NCBI GenBank assembly: GCA_030141605.1
Contig: JAQGDQ010001406.1
Coordinates: 1 to 42,362 of the forward strand
Length of the DNA stretch: 42,362 nucleotides
From: Tubiluchus corallicola
Taxonomy: Eukaryota > Animalia > Priapulida
Direction: 5' to 3'
Each line of letters begins with the position of its first letter. Within the stretch, counting starts at the first letter, position 1. The notes under the pieces are model-generated. The model saw only the letters and a list, made by a program, of their open reading frames with translations. It did no database searches and had not been told where the DNA came from. The position numbers were made by a program, and so were the translations under genes. Below, piece after piece: positions 12,201 through 25,847 of this stretch.

Positions 12201-13559
12201 GATGGTAAAATTAACGGTAAATCGTACATAATTGAATCACTGCTAAAGGAGTCTTCGAGATGGCTGACAGTAGGCTGTTGCTAGCTTATTAAGGCTATAT
12301 CTCAGCTATCACAGTATACAGAATAATGATTTTGGTGTCTAAATATAGGTTTTCAAGGTCACGGAATCCTTATCTGATGCTTAAATGGCTCTATACTAAC
12401 ATCACTTCATTGTAGGATGGCGGCTAAGATGGCTGCAATTGTTGCACGAAATAACGGAATTGCTTATTTTGCCTTAAAAGCATGAAACTTTGCACAATAT
12501 TAAAACACATTCCGGTTGATTAATTTTGAATGCGGAGCCGATCGAAATTTACCCAATGCCGCACAGAATTTAAGATAACCGATAGAAACATCTGAAATGG
12601 AGCTTAACGCGCAAACAAACAGACAATCTATGATAAAAACTGCGCAAAAGGCGTTTAGTGTCTAGCAACTTAATAGTAAAGTCAAATAAAGGCACAATAA
12701 CATTTAGGTTTTCTAAGCTTGCTGGTTCAATAAGGAACGGACACTCATTACAGCCCGCTAACCACCTCCAACCCACCCCTAATTTCAAAACTAGTATGTT
12801 TTTCTATTTAAAAATATGCTCAAATTTTGATAAGTGTGAGACCCGAAAAAGGCAGCCTAGGCCCAATAACGACGGACCATAATTGGGGAAGAGCAAAAAC
12901 CAAAAGTCGAACCTCGCAGCTGTTTTGTTTCGATGCAGTAAAGGCAAATGTTTGTTAACAAAATTTAAAATATGGATTCTAAACACTATGGTTTACAGTA
13001 GTTTTGGGCGATCGACTTTTTTAGTGAAAAGGCTTGTGTGACAGGGTTTCAGAATGTAAAATTTCTTTGTAACCGATCACCTAGTCACAGAATTATGCAC
13101 AAATAAATGTAGGGTTAAATATCATTACTATTAGAGAATCTAGGCGAGCAGAATTTTCAAAAAAGACTAAAATCGCCAATCTCCGCCATTTTGCCTTCAA
13201 TTAAAACAAATTTTATCCGAGAGGTGCACAGCCACGCCCCCTAGTCCGCAGTATCAAAAACAAAGTTGATTTGTTCGAAAGAACCTTTTTTACAAAACAC
13301 AAAAGATTGTTTATAAGAGGGGTGGGTTAAGTTGTGACAAGATTTTCAGAGTTTTCTAAAAAGTTATTTCTGGGCAGGGATCGGGAAAGAGTTATGCTCG
13401 GTGTCAAAAAAAATGAAACCCATTTTAACACGTGGCAAAATAAATTTAAAAAGGGACCATAACTCCTTAACCATGGCCAAATTTCTTGGAATTCGGAGCC
13501 AGACTATTTGAGGTCCAGGCCCATCATACATAAGGCATTAACATTGAACAGAAATCTTG

Positions 13560-14130
13560 CTGGCGAAATGTTCCTCCTTACATACCACTGGCAAACATCA
13601 CCATTGGAGAACTGAAATAATCTGTTAGGAGTAACAACATAGCAGAGAAATTTTACAGGCGAACCGATCCATAGGCACACAGGACGAGTGACAAACCGTA
13701 CCATAGGTGAGCTATACTAGTAAACAACTGTGCAAGTTGTGAGCTCTTCTACTGGATAACCGCTACACTGGCACACAGTAAGATTGTGGAACTAAACTAG
13801 TGTCGAACTGTACCATTGGAGAAATGTACTAGTGGCGAACTGTACTAGTGACAAATTGTACGAACGTCAAACTGCAACACTGACAAACTGCAAATTGGCG
13901 AAATGTACTAGTGGCTAATTGTACTACTGGCAAACTGTACCACTTTCAAACCATACCACAGGCAAACAGTCCCGCTGGCAAAGTGTACCAAAGGCAAACC
14001 GTATCATTGGCGAACAGTAATAGTGGCGAATTGCACCACTTTGAACTATAACAAAGGCAAACCGAAAAATTGGCAAACAGTACTAATGGCAAACAGTACT
14101 AGTGGCGAACTGTATCTATGGCAAACTGTG
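13560..14130. repeat. Highly degenerate 16-bp tandem array (consensus about TGGCAAACTGTACYAN)
   Basis: Consecutive 16-mers such as tggcgaaatgtactag/tggctaattgtactac/tggcaaactgtaccac. Confidence 0.8.
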
Positions 14131-14289
14131 TGACTGTGATCAAGTGATGGAAACAACAAATTTTCCTCCACTGATAAATCGGTCAAGCAACAGACACAAA
14201 ATCACATTTACTCCAAGAATCACACTTCCACACTAAAACTAGAGTGCCAGAAAAGGTGCAGTTCAGGTTTTTGTTTATTTTCATGTAAT

Positions 14290-14400
14290 AAAAGAAGCCA
14301 CTAGACATGTTGTTAAGCACACAACTTTCGACGCTATCATAAAAACCTCTGACCCACTTTTTAAAATTATCGCCGAAAATTTTCAACCTTCTTGTATAAA
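14290..14400 (-). mobile_element. L1/Tx1-type reverse transcriptase fragment
   Basis: FGDNFKKWVRGFYDSVESCVLNNMSSGFF resembles the Tx1/L1 RT segment FG.NFI.WI..FY....SCV.NNG..S.FF. Confidence 0.6.
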
Positions 14401-14871
14401 ACGCTTTTTCGAAGTTAATTAAAGGACAAGAAAATGGCTACTGAAGTAGGTTTCAGAAAAAATCGCTTTATAAGTTAGAAAAATCGCTTTATTTCCCGTG
14501 ATACTGTTTAAACGGCGCCATTACATGACGTCATATACGAGTAACGTAAATCGGGAAGAATAGGCAATGTTAAATTATGTCCCAAAAAAACTTTCATCCT
14601 TCACGCTTTTGCGAAGTTAATTAAAGGACAAGAAAATGGCTACCTGAAGTAGGTTTCAGAAAAATCGCTTTATAAGTCATACAACTTTACAGCAATTTTA
14701 TGCATCTTTCTCTAACTACGATATCTTATTCGCGTTCAATGGATTTTTTTTGTTTGTTTTCATTTTAAATTTCCCGTGATACTGTTCCAACGGGGCCATT
14801 ACATGACGTCATAAACGAGCAACGTTAATCGGGAAGAATAGACAATGTTAAATTATGTTCCAAAAAACTTT
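14400..14871. repeat. Tandem duplication of about 195 bp (14400-14594 and 14603-14871; second copy has an extra ~95 bp)
   Basis: GAAGTTAATTAAAGGACAAGAAAATGGCTAC...TTCCCGTGATACTG...CAAAAAACTTT is present twice. Confidence 0.85.
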
Positions 14872-16999
14872 CTATGCAAAATTATGTTACTTAGCATTTC
14901 GCTTACTTACTGAAAAGAATTATTCAACTAACTCAGTGCTGACATCTGTTTATACACTTTGAAATTTTCTATGTATCTTATGTAGTTGCTACTGCTATAT
15001 GTTTGTATGTAACTGGGTTACTTGGCTTCTCTGTGAATGTAGTAGCTTTTCACACTTGGTAGCAAGATTAGAAAGAAAGCAATAAGCTTTAACAGTTTTG
15101 ACTCAGATGACATGATATATTGTTTACTTTGACTCTTGTTTACTACTGTTGATTATGTTTACCATTTTGTGTATATGTGGATTGACTATGAGTTTATGAT
15201 TTTGAGTAAAATACAGATCGCAAAGTTAAACATGTTTTCATCCATTGATTTCATCTGAATAACACGAACATCGCAACTTCAGAAACAGTCTGAAAAACCT
15301 CCCAATGTCAGTTATTGGCTCTCCCCAAAACACCCCAGCGACAACTTTACCGTCACGACAACTATAGCAGCAGAGCTCAACACACACTTTACCCTCTAAA
15401 ATATTGATAGGGAACATACTATTTTTTCAAGAATGACTTAAGTGAAAGAGTTATTACCCTGGAAATGTAATTTCGCTTTTGCGCGACTAGTTGTTCGCTG
15501 TTTCAGGCATTTTGCTCTTCACTAGTTAGATGGGCACTAGCGCATACATGTCGGAAACGCATTGCGCAAGAAACAGACGTTTTACTTCTCAGTTCTGAAG
15601 TGTTCAACTGTGACGTGATGCACACGTTCGATAGTCATGCTGAGCAGTAAACATGAAAATCGAATTTTAAACTTAAAGTTTGTCGTGTTTTTGTACATCA
15701 CATTGAATGTTGTACAATAGCACTGCTTTTCCATTTTTGTTTTCAACAAACACATGTATCACACACGTGGATTATTTATTCTGTTGAAAATTCTGTTCAC
15801 TTGTGACGTTAGCGCCACTTGTGCTCTTTCGATTTAATTATCAGAGACACGGATGAATTATTATACAAAGTTGTTAAAATTTTTACTTTTTATCAAATTG
15901 GGGCTGATATTAAAACTCCTGTTTTCCTTTAAACTTTTAAGTGATTCAAGGTTGTAATTAAAGTAAAGCTTTCAAGAGCCTCAAGGTGGTTCATTGCCCA
16001 GCGATCACATCCTGTATTTTCTGTAACGACTTTTAAAGAACGGAAGATCTGCCTTTCAAATCACCTTGCAAACCAGAACCTGACAATAGAATAGTTGTCT
16101 GTGTATGATGAATACCCTACAGATGTTAATTGCCCACGCAATCACCATAATAATTCTGGGAAAACTCCCCTCGTCAATTTAAAAAGCTACATTATAATTA
16201 CATAATGAGTTGCAATTTAGGTGTTCTTTGTGCGTTATGAAAAGCTGTTCAAGGTTGGTCATTGCTCAGAGCTTATCTAGTCACACAGGCAAACATTATA
16301 CCGGGATAATCATGAGAAAATTCTCGCCTCAATAATTTAAAATGGCTCATTATAATTATGGTTGGTTTTTATCACAATTACGTTGTCGACGTGAATTATT
16401 GAAAATTATAGCAGTTCTTTGTCTGCTGCTATAGCAGGATGTATCTATTGTTGCTTGTGGCAGAAGTTTTGAAAAGGTTTATCAATTTAAAAGAAGCATT
16501 TTTTGTAAATAACGTAATTGAGCTATTTAATCAGTTTAATAATTGAAGTTAACATCCTGTTTCGTGTGCAGAGCAGAAAGCGCATCAGAAAATGTTGTTC
16601 AATGAGGTTGATAATGAGGGTGTAGCGTAGATCGTGTCTCCGTCGATTAGACACGCCAGTTGTTACAAGTTCTGCATTGAGATCTCTATTGTTAACATGG
16701 GTATTTTCAAAAAGATAAACTCTAATGAATGCAGACAAATTCAATGGGTAAAATATTGCCTTTTTGTGGGAAGCATCATGTAAGCTGAATCAGCTAGGCC
16801 CTTGTGGATTGAAATTTTGGCCAGACACTCATATGTATATCTTGGAGTAATTGATATTAATTTACATGCTAACACTAATACTGCGTAGGAAAAATGCAAA
16901 GGGATTATATCGGGTGGGGCACAAAAAATGCGCCAAACCTTACACAGAAGTAAGACTAGAAGCAATTGCCCTTTATTTCACACTGCAGAGTTACGATCC

Positions 17000-17755
17000 A
17001 AGGCTTTGCTAAAGCAAAATGTTAATTAGGAATGCTTGCACTAGCTTTGGTAATCTTCTAAAAATTAATTTTAATATTTGACTAAAACATAACGTCTAAG
17101 TTTTTCGCCTGAAATACGTTATAATTGGTAAAGTATTCCTTGACAATGAAGCATTGCCCGTACGTTTCAGGAGAAATATCTCTGTCATTTAATATGTACT
17201 AATCTATGCGACAAGTGTGACATTCAAAATCAGATAAGTCTTTTTATATGTGGATTAACTCAGATGATGCTAAAATTCATGTTATTTAAGAGTTTACTGT
17301 CTGACATTATAGAATAATTATAGTAATGGCGTGATCAACAGGCTGCGTAACGCATATAACAATGGTATGTGAAAACTGTTTCACGTACGGTGGCAGTGTT
17401 TCTGGCGTGTGTGTAATTCTATTTCTACAACATTTTAGTCATATTCGCAGATTGTCATGTTATGACAATAGTATTATAACTGCTGTTGTTAACTCATAAA
17501 GACTTGTGAGCTCTTGGTTTTTGTGTAATGGAATGAGTTATTAAGTAATTAGTTCGTAATGTTTATTTACTTAAACTTAAAATCTTAAAATTTATTTAAA
17601 ACCTTAATTTACTAACACTGTATTTTAATTTTAACACTGGATTTCGTTATTTTTTAATTTTTGTTTCATTGTATTTTATTTGATTTTAGTACTGCCTTTG
17701 TATTTTAAATGGTTTTAGTTGCCGGAATAAATTTGAGTTGAATTAAATGAGTTGT
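17000..17755 (+). mobile_element. Decayed LINE (CR1/L2 group), 3' portion
   Basis: Fragments VFLDNEALP / EKYLCH / MLFKS / INRLRNAYNNG resemble post-RT ORF2. Ends in AATAAA plus a TTGAG/TTGAA-type tail at about 17726-17753. Confidence 0.5.
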
Positions 17756-18699
17756 TTCTTGGCTCAGAGGCGCTTAAGAACTGTGAAACTGTATCAGCAG
17801 TTTGAAGAAGCGCCATCGTTTGGTTTGCATTGAAAATGCACTGTAATTTTAGCAACATTGACAGCAACATTTAGCAACATCTCCACTTTCTCCACTTAAT
17901 TTGAAACATTTGATTATTAGCAAAACAGTGATGTTTTCCAGACATCGCAGAACACGTTATGTGTTTTTGCATAAAATCACTTTATTCTTTTCAATTAATC
18001 CGTTATCAAACCTGCATTATTGCGTTTTATCTGAAGCAATTTCTATTGATTTTTTGTGCTCAGCTAGATACGCATAACATACAACACATTCACAATGTCT
18101 GGTTGCAACTTTAATTCCTTACATTTATACAGATAATGTAAAGATAAAATTACAACTAAACTTAGAAACTATTTTATCAATGTAATTACGTAACGCATCA
18201 CATTGATTCAATAAATCAAATCTTAAATCGACATTTTTTAAAACTTATTATCACTTTTTTTATAGTTTCAAATATGTAGTGAGAGGCTTATAAACGGGCA
18301 TTAAAATTCATGGAAGATAGTTATTTCTCATTTGTCGTCCAAAATGATAGATTGTCTTTTTGTACTAACTTCACGGCAAGGGCTTCTGCCATCATATTTT
18401 GTTTATGAGTAAAACATGGCTTACTTAAAGCAATGTCTCCTACGTCTCATTACATCACATACAAGACCTGTACTATGGCTCATTTGGGCTCACCAATTGC
18501 AAAAAAGCTAAACGAGCTTCGTTATGTAGATCCTTATCATTATCATTCCATCAATATCATTAATATAATTAGTTTGTGTTCCATTATTAAAACGCTGGGT
18601 ATATAACATTGAATCATTCTTTTGATTGTTGTTATTCATTAAATTATTCACTAGCTGAATAATATTTTAAAATGAGAACATAACAAATACGTCTCACCT

Positions 18700-18879
18700 G
18701 AACTTTTTCCGGAAACACAGAGCCCAATGGAAATAATGCACAACGCAGGTCTGATAAATGGGTGCGTTGAAAAAGTGCCGTTTACCGGACACCCAGAATG
18801 CGTTTTTGCGTATCCAGCAGCGTAAAAATCAATAAGAAATCGGCAGAAAAATGGCGTAGGGATTTATTGGAAACAAGGT
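18700..18879 (+). promoter_or_regulatory. Candidate promoter and non-coding first exon of the sulfotransferase
   Basis: Ets-like CCGGAA near 18709, YY1-like AAAATGGCG at 18848, and donor AAG|GTAATA at 18878 that could splice to the CAG directly before ATG 19460. Confidence 0.35.
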
Positions 18880-19459
18880 AATATGATTTTAGGTGGCTGG
18901 TAACTCTTAGCCGTCTTAGGTGTGTGGTAACTCTTCAGCTTTGTCTTAAGTGTCGTTTTACGCAATCGTAGGTGTTGCTGCTACTGCATCTGCAACTTCA
19001 GAACCCGTTACTTCTCTGCCGTTGCACCTTGTTTAGCTGTGAAAATTTGAAGTTTTATATATTGTTTTGTGTTGTTCATCAGTGAACTGTGATTTTTTTA
19101 TTTATATGTCAAATATTTATATGTCAAAAAGTATTGCTATTAACTTGGTGAAGAGACTAGAAGGACGCGTCAGACGTGAACCAAAGGCTTTGTTTGCGCC
19201 TAATGTTCTTCGGCAAAATTGCCAATATTTCTTGAAACTTCATTTAGAAACTTCAAAAATAATAGTGACAATATTGTTTAAAATTTCCAGCAAAATGCGT
19301 CATTGCTTTCCGTGCATGTTATATTGCAAAAAGTGTTTCTCTAAAACACGTTTCAGTTGCCGTTATTGGTGACCAGATCGTGGAATGACTATCAGTTAAT
19401 GTGGAATTTTGTTTTTATTATGATTTAATTCCTATATGTAATTCATATCTGTCACCCAG

Positions 19460-20488
19460 ATGGTCAATACTATGGAAACCTTGTCTAAAACGCAGTTATT
19501 TCTTAATGCATTGCTGTTCTTAGTACTCTTCTTTAGCATTTTCATAATGAAGGTCACAGATATCACTGAATACAAGAAATATTTTCGAGGCCATCAGATG
19601 TCTGAGGAAGCAATAGTAATGATACCTTCTCTGACACAAAAACAAAACAGCACACACAATATGGGTAAAATGTATGACTTGAGAAGACACCAATTAGCAG
19701 AAAACTGTGCCTTCGAAAATGTTGTGGAAAACCTAACTGAAGTACAACTCAAGCATTTGTTGGTCAATGAAAAGCACAAGCTTGTTTTTTGCATTGTTCC
19801 AAAGGTTGCATCTACAAATTGGGAAAGAATACTGGAGATACTAGCGCAAGAATCTGATCACGATGTCATGGATATTAGTCGAAATCAGGCGCATAGTGTA
19901 ACAAGCAAGTCAAGCTTGTCCTTATATTCTTATCAACAACAAAAATTTATTTTAAGTCATTATTATAAAGTTATATTTGTACGTCACCCGTTTGATCGCG
20001 TAGTTTCTGGTTTCAGAGACAAAGTGCAACTTGGTAAACCCGTAAGTTACATGAATACTATCGAGACTTTTCGGAAAAGGGTAAAAGAAGCAACAGGAAG
20101 AAGAATTAGTGGAAGGACCTTCCAACAATTTTTGGAATACTTAGTGAGTCCACTGTCAACCATAACAGGGCAAAGATCTCCACAGGCTAAAGAAATGAAC
20201 AGTCACTGGGCTTTGCAAGTAGAACTTTGTAATCCTTGCCAGATAAAATATGATTTTGTTGGAAAATATGAAACTTTGGAACGTGATGCTGAGTATTTGT
20301 TGAACTTACTAAATATGAGCACTGTTGTGCGATTTCCGAAGAAAAGTGAATCTGATAAGCCTCACGAACGACACCAATATCCTTCATTTTGGAGTTACTT
20401 CAAAAATGTTTCACAGTTAACTATGAAACAATTATGCAATCATTACAAGGATGATATGAGAACTTTTTCTTATTCTTGCGTACAGTAA
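19460..20488 (+). CDS. Carbohydrate sulfotransferase, Sulfotransfer_2 (HNK-1ST/CHST8-14, CHST11-like) family, 342 aa
   Basis: N-terminal TM. 5'-PSB CIVPKVASTNW, 3'-PB FVRHPFDRVVSGFRDK, HW...LCNPCQIKYDFVGKYETLERDA, C-terminal YKDDMRTFSY. Intact single coding exon. Confidence 0.95.
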   Translation: MVNTMETLSKTQLFLNALLFLVLFFSIFIMKVTDITEYKKYFRGHQMSEEAIVMIPSLTQKQNSTHNMGKMYDLRRHQLAENCAFENVVENLTEVQLKHLLVNEKHKLVFCIVPKVASTNWERILEILAQESDHDVMDISRNQAHSVTSKSSLSLYSYQQQKFILSHYYKVIFVRHPFDRVVSGFRDKVQLGKPVSYMNTIETFRKRVKEATGRRISGRTFQQFLEYLVSPLSTITGQRSPQAKEMNSHWALQVELCNPCQIKYDFVGKYETLERDAEYLLNLLNMSTVVRFPKKSESDKPHERHQYPSFWSYFKNVSQLTMKQLCNHYKDDMRTFSYSCVQ

Positions 20489-21654
20489 ATTGTTAGACGT
20501 CTTGTAGTTCTAAACAGGCGATATTAGAAACTGTAGAAATGGCGTACTCGTTCTTCCAGAACTTTTTGTGCTCCAGTTCTAAATGGGAGACCAATTCTTG
20601 AAGATGTCAAACAAAAGCTCTCTGGCTAAATAAAAAACGCGTCAGTAGTGGAAAGCATGACCTTGTATCGCTTCATCTGCTACAAAAATGTGAATTCAAA
20701 GTTACTATTAAAATGTTTCACGCCGTCTTTGTTGACTACTTAAATTGTTATTAAAACTGCCCTTATAAATTTTAACAAAAAAATAATAAATTAACGATAT
20801 AGATTAGAAAATTTCCGTGCTTTTTCTATAATTAATGTGTCTTATGTGAAATGAATTTGGCAATTAACTTCACTTGCCATAAGGCGTTTTGGGTCATCGT
20901 CAAACGAGGTACTTTGCTTATTTGTGTTTTTTACAGTATACAATTCATTTATAAAAATGTATAACACCGAAGGACTATAAGCATAAAAAAGAGCATTTTG
21001 ATCCGCAACACTCATTGGCGACTGCCGTATTACAAAGCACATAAGAAATGCATACTGCATAATACAATGTATGTGACTGACATTCTATTATTACAATAAA
21101 TTGATTGACGGAAATTTCAGTGTAGTTGAAAAATTTTCATTATTACTTTTGATCGTTTGAAATAACGTTGCAAATTCTCCTTTTCTTGGCTTACAGCTAT
21201 AACTGGGTCTAACTCACATTGTTCGCTTTGTTCGTTTCTGCTTTTCTTTCTTAACATTACGAACCATAATGTAGACTGATACAGTGTTTGATGCATTTTC
21301 GACATTTTGAATGGTCCAGAAAACTGATAATGGCAAAACGTCTTGTTAGCTACCAAGAGAAAGACACTCAGTGCTCACTACAACAGGCGCCTTACGGAGG
21401 TTGGAAAGCGCCTTGTGGCTTACGGATTATGGATTATGGATTGCTCTTTTTTTCTTTCTCTGTGTGTCACTGGCCTAAAACAAATACATCTTGACGTTAC
21501 AATTTAACTTGATAAAATTAAATGATAGTCAAACAAATCGTTAAAGTTTGTACTTTTCACAATTCACTGGAAATGAAAAGACGAAGTACATGATTGAAAT
21601 ATCGCCTTGTCCTGGTCAAATTTGTCAATAAAGTCGTAATTTATGAAACACACG

Positions 21655-22921
21655 CTGCATAAGTCCACGTATCTATCAAAACGTTCGTCCATTTTATCGT
21701 CTTCTGTACGAACCACGTATCGCAAAAGTCCACTTATCCAGCACAACATTCACCCATTTTATCGTCTTTTGTACGAACCTGGTATCCCCCCAAAAAACTC
21801 CACATATCCAGCAAAATGTTGGTGCATTTTGTCGTCTGCCGCACGAATCATGTATCCGAAACTTCGTTAAAGCTTGGCCACCAATGCTGACTTTAAAGCA
21901 GCGCAGTTAAGCATACTGCCGTGAATTTCCTGTTATCGCGGAATTTTAGTGTACTAGTTTAAAACCAAATCACAAAAACACCTTAACTCCAAAATAAATT
22001 CCTAAAATTTTAATTCCATAAGATTTGGTCCGAATCAGTAACACAGCCGTTGTTTTTTCTAAAGTTAAAGCCTCAAAACCGGTAGAGAAAAAGTTCCCCT
22101 CAAACAAGTATTCATCCACCAGTCAAATCTTACGAAAAAGTAGGACCAATTATTATGTATAAAGACATTAATATGACTAGAGACTGTGGACTTGTTCAAG
22201 TTCACAACACATACAGCAGTTCTCATTTTTATATAAAAAAATCATAAAATGACTTTCATATCTTTATTATATTTTTCATGTGACAATAATTGTGTTTCTT
22301 TAAGTAATATCTTGTTGCGAGCGGCGCCACCAGAGTCTTTGGTTTCATCACTTTCGACAATATTTGTTTGTTCTTTCTCAACTGCAGACACTAGATGCAC
22401 AGGACTGATGATACTCACTTTCGTGTATCATAAGGATTAACTGCAAAGGACATTAGTTTATATAGTCCGTGAGCCAGACAACTTATTGGTATCTCTTTTT
22501 TCTCTTAAATGCAAATTTGCTGTTATTGTGAAGTCGAATATAGAGAAGATGAGAGATTATCATTGCTGTTATCAAGAAAACGTCGTTTGATAAACCCAGA
22601 AACTGGCTCAACCAGTGGGCGGTTTCTTCGTCTAAGTTTTCAGATTTGCCAGTTAAGTCGTGATTAATAATCGTCTTCTGTACGAACCACGTATACCAAA
22701 AAAGTCCACATATTTAGAAGAACATTCGTCCATTATATCGTGTTCTCTAAGAACCACGTTTCCAAAAAACTCCACATATCCAGCAAAATGTTGGTCCATT
22801 TTGTCATTTTCTCTACGAATCATGTATCCGAAACTTCGTTAAAGTTTGCCCACCAATGCGGACTTTCAATCAGCACAGTTACACATATTGTCGTGAATTT
22901 CCTGTAATCGCAGAATTTTTA
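21655..22921. repeat. Dispersed direct repeat pair (about 21655-21947 and 22669-22921), each with internal ~60-bp subrepeats
   Basis: Shared CAAAAAACTCCACATATCCAGCAAAATGTTGG...TGTATCCGAAACTTCGTTAAAG...GTGAATTTCCTG. The matching ORFs both end KNSTYPAKCW..IMYPKLR. Confidence 0.85.
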
Positions 22922-23399
22922 TTTTCTTAAGGCATTATAAAGTGCGAGTCCAACTATTGATGATATCACAAACTAATGCAACAAAAATATCCGCATCTAG
23001 CTTTATCAATATCAACTTTTATATGAATAAATATATAAGCTTTATATAATACCAATTTGCCCGGCAATCAGCGTTAAATTTTCACAGTCATTGTCTAATT
23101 AATGACATTATTAATTGCAGCTAATTTGTTTGCATTTGTTTCGTAGCTTATTTCAGTCCTGTCTGCATAGTCAGAGTTTTCAAATTTCTGCCCTTATGTA
23201 CAGGCTTTCAAGAGACAAATCAAAAGGCAAAAAATAAGACAAAAATTTTACTCTTCAACTACGTTTTAATGTTCTTTACGTTCATTGGAATTTTCACTTT
23301 TTACTGATCAACAAGTGGTTAATTTTAGTATAATCCGTTTATTTTACTAGGCGTATTGTTGTTTTATAAATACCATGGCGAATGTCTTAAACAGCAGAT

Positions 23400-24950
23400 A
23401 TCAGCACTTCTCTCACATGAACAATTTACATTCCAGAAAAAAAAGCTTTTATTCTCAGATAACATCTCACTGTTGAGTGCAGGTATAATTTACTTAATGA
23501 AAACAAAAATGTTAATCCCCTTGACTCTGCATCAACAAAGATGTTTGTCAAGCATAAAGCTGCTTATATCTAGAATGATCGACGTTAATTCTAAAAGTAG
23601 GCGTCTAGCCACCCACAAATTATCCTAAAGTGTTTTGAATGCGCTGAGCACCAGAACGAAACTAATCCTAGCAATTTAAGCGGATTATCTTTGTAAGAGA
23701 AAGTCGGCGCCTATCCTGTACATCACAAATTACCCTTTTCACTAGATTATGCAGAACGCATCAACAAAGCAGTTAATCGGATAACTGATGTGACGCTTTT
23801 AACAGCTAAACGTCAATTTTGAAAATAAGAATTCATTCAGTTACTCAAAAATCACCAGATAAAAAGAACTTTACAAACGTAAATCTACCGCTTTTCAACG
23901 ATCAAACTTCAATGTTTATCACAATCTCATCAGGATTGGTTTCACTTTATTTTCAGGCACAGATAAGGTTAAACATGATTTTTACCCCTCAAATCGCTCG
24001 CTATCCATTAAACGGTTAATTTTTTACTGTTCAATTTTGATTTAAAACACTCTTCCGCCTTTCTCTAATAGTGAGGGTGGAGGACTAGGAGGGGCTCCTG
24101 AGTGGAATGCGCTAGCGCTTGTTTTGATCAAAATCCGCTAATGTCATATAAATAAAGGGTTTCTTTTTATGTCAAATGCAATGCAGATTTTTCTACAGTC
24201 ATACAAGACTTATTGTAATATAACAATGATACACCAATGTCATGATAAAGCATCTCATTATCCCAGCCTCCAAAGCGGGAGATTGAGGGACTTTGACTTG
24301 ATGCCGCAGGTTTCGAACTTCAGGGGCGCTTAAGATTTCCAAGCTTTTTTGTTTACAGGCTAAAGCTTCTGGCTTGAACGCAGAGGCTCATTTTCTAAAT
24401 GACAGCTTAATTTACAAACACGACTAGCTCGTCTCATCAACAAAAGCTTAGTCCAGGTCTAAGCCGATTAACTGAAAGATAATTTGCTCAAATCCTAGAA
24501 AACAGGCAGCCAGTCAGTTAGCAGAAATTGTCTAAATGATATTTTACAGGGTGAATGGCTTAAATTCTATTAGCCAGGTGACAGTCATTCATCCAGAAAT
24601 TATCCCTTTAGCAGCCAGTGTGGGAATATTTGTAAACATCTAGGGATGATGATAGAAAGCTTCCCGCCTTAGATAAGCGAAATTCCTAAAAATAAATGCT
24701 CATAAGTACATTGTGCTGTTACGAATCAACAAAGCGCTAAATTGTCTTGTTGACTGTTATAAGGCGTGTTGCTTCTTTAATCTCAATTGTTAAGCAGCTT
24801 ATAGGATTAAGTTACAAGATTAACATCAGTCCACTAATAATGCCGTGCTTAGCGCAAACAGTGACCATTGTTCCATCAAGTATTCAGGGTGGGATAATTT
24901 ACTCTTTCTCAGCATTTTAAACAGATTACAGGGGGGGAATATCACCAAAA
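23400..24950 (-). mobile_element. Heavily decayed L1/Tx1-like LINE ORF2
   Basis: Minus-strand fragments in RT order: KPFTL*NII, LDLD*AF, GIKSKSLNL..G**DALS..CIIV (compare RPISLLN, LDxEKAFD, QGDPLS). Many stops. Confidence 0.4.
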
Positions 24951-25847
24951 TTAAGTTGAGCTTGAATAACTCGCGATTATATTGCGAATACAAATGCGTA
25001 CCTCATTCTTCGCAAAAATTTATGTTAAGAATTCCTGGCAAAAGTTCGGATAAAAGTGTACACAAAACGAACATTTGACTAGGCCGCCATTGAGAATGGG
25101 CCTGCACCCGCGCCTCTGTTAGCGAAAATTGCCGTACTACAGATGAAACTTGACAAAAGTCCCAAGAGGAGAACGATTGTACACAACACTTGTTTGACAA
25201 TTTGTTTACATCGACAAACAGCGTTCAGCATCGACAAACAGTACTTTTATGCTGTTTATACCTAGTGATGGTATCACCGTAAAGATTAGCTTATTGTGAA
25301 TTAAATGCGTGATTTGCTGCGTTTCGGTCTTAATTGTTCTTATTGAAAAACGGCCGTGGAATGTGTTACACTAGGATTCAGCAATTAGACGGGATGCAGT
25401 AGTTAGACTAAAAGTGTCGAAATACGAAACCAAAATATAAAAACTTTTAGTTACCAATGAGAAACAGAAAATTATTTGAAGCAACGAAAGCTAAATCTAA
25501 AAAAGCTGAATTTCTCGACTGTTTGCTTTGAAACATGAGTTTAGAACATGATGAATTCTAGTGCTAAAAATATTGTGATTGCACTTCGGACAGATTTAGT
25601 CAGATGCATTTTTGTAGTGTCTTTTTTAATTTATTTCATTTTAAGCCCAAGTGCATAGTTTATCGATGCAGTTTAGCGTTCTAGAGATTTGTAACCATTT
25701 CAATATAGATATTACAATTACATTATATAATTCAGTTTTTTGCGCTAAAATTTTATTTACGATGCTTCTTCCTGAATTTTGAATATTAATTAAATTATGT
25801 ATATATTGACGTAAAAGTGGATAATAATATGTTAATAATAAATGTAT

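Noticed and set aside
12290-13522. Possible non-autonomous DNA transposon
   Set aside because: It looks repeat-like, but I could not identify paired TIRs or a TSD.
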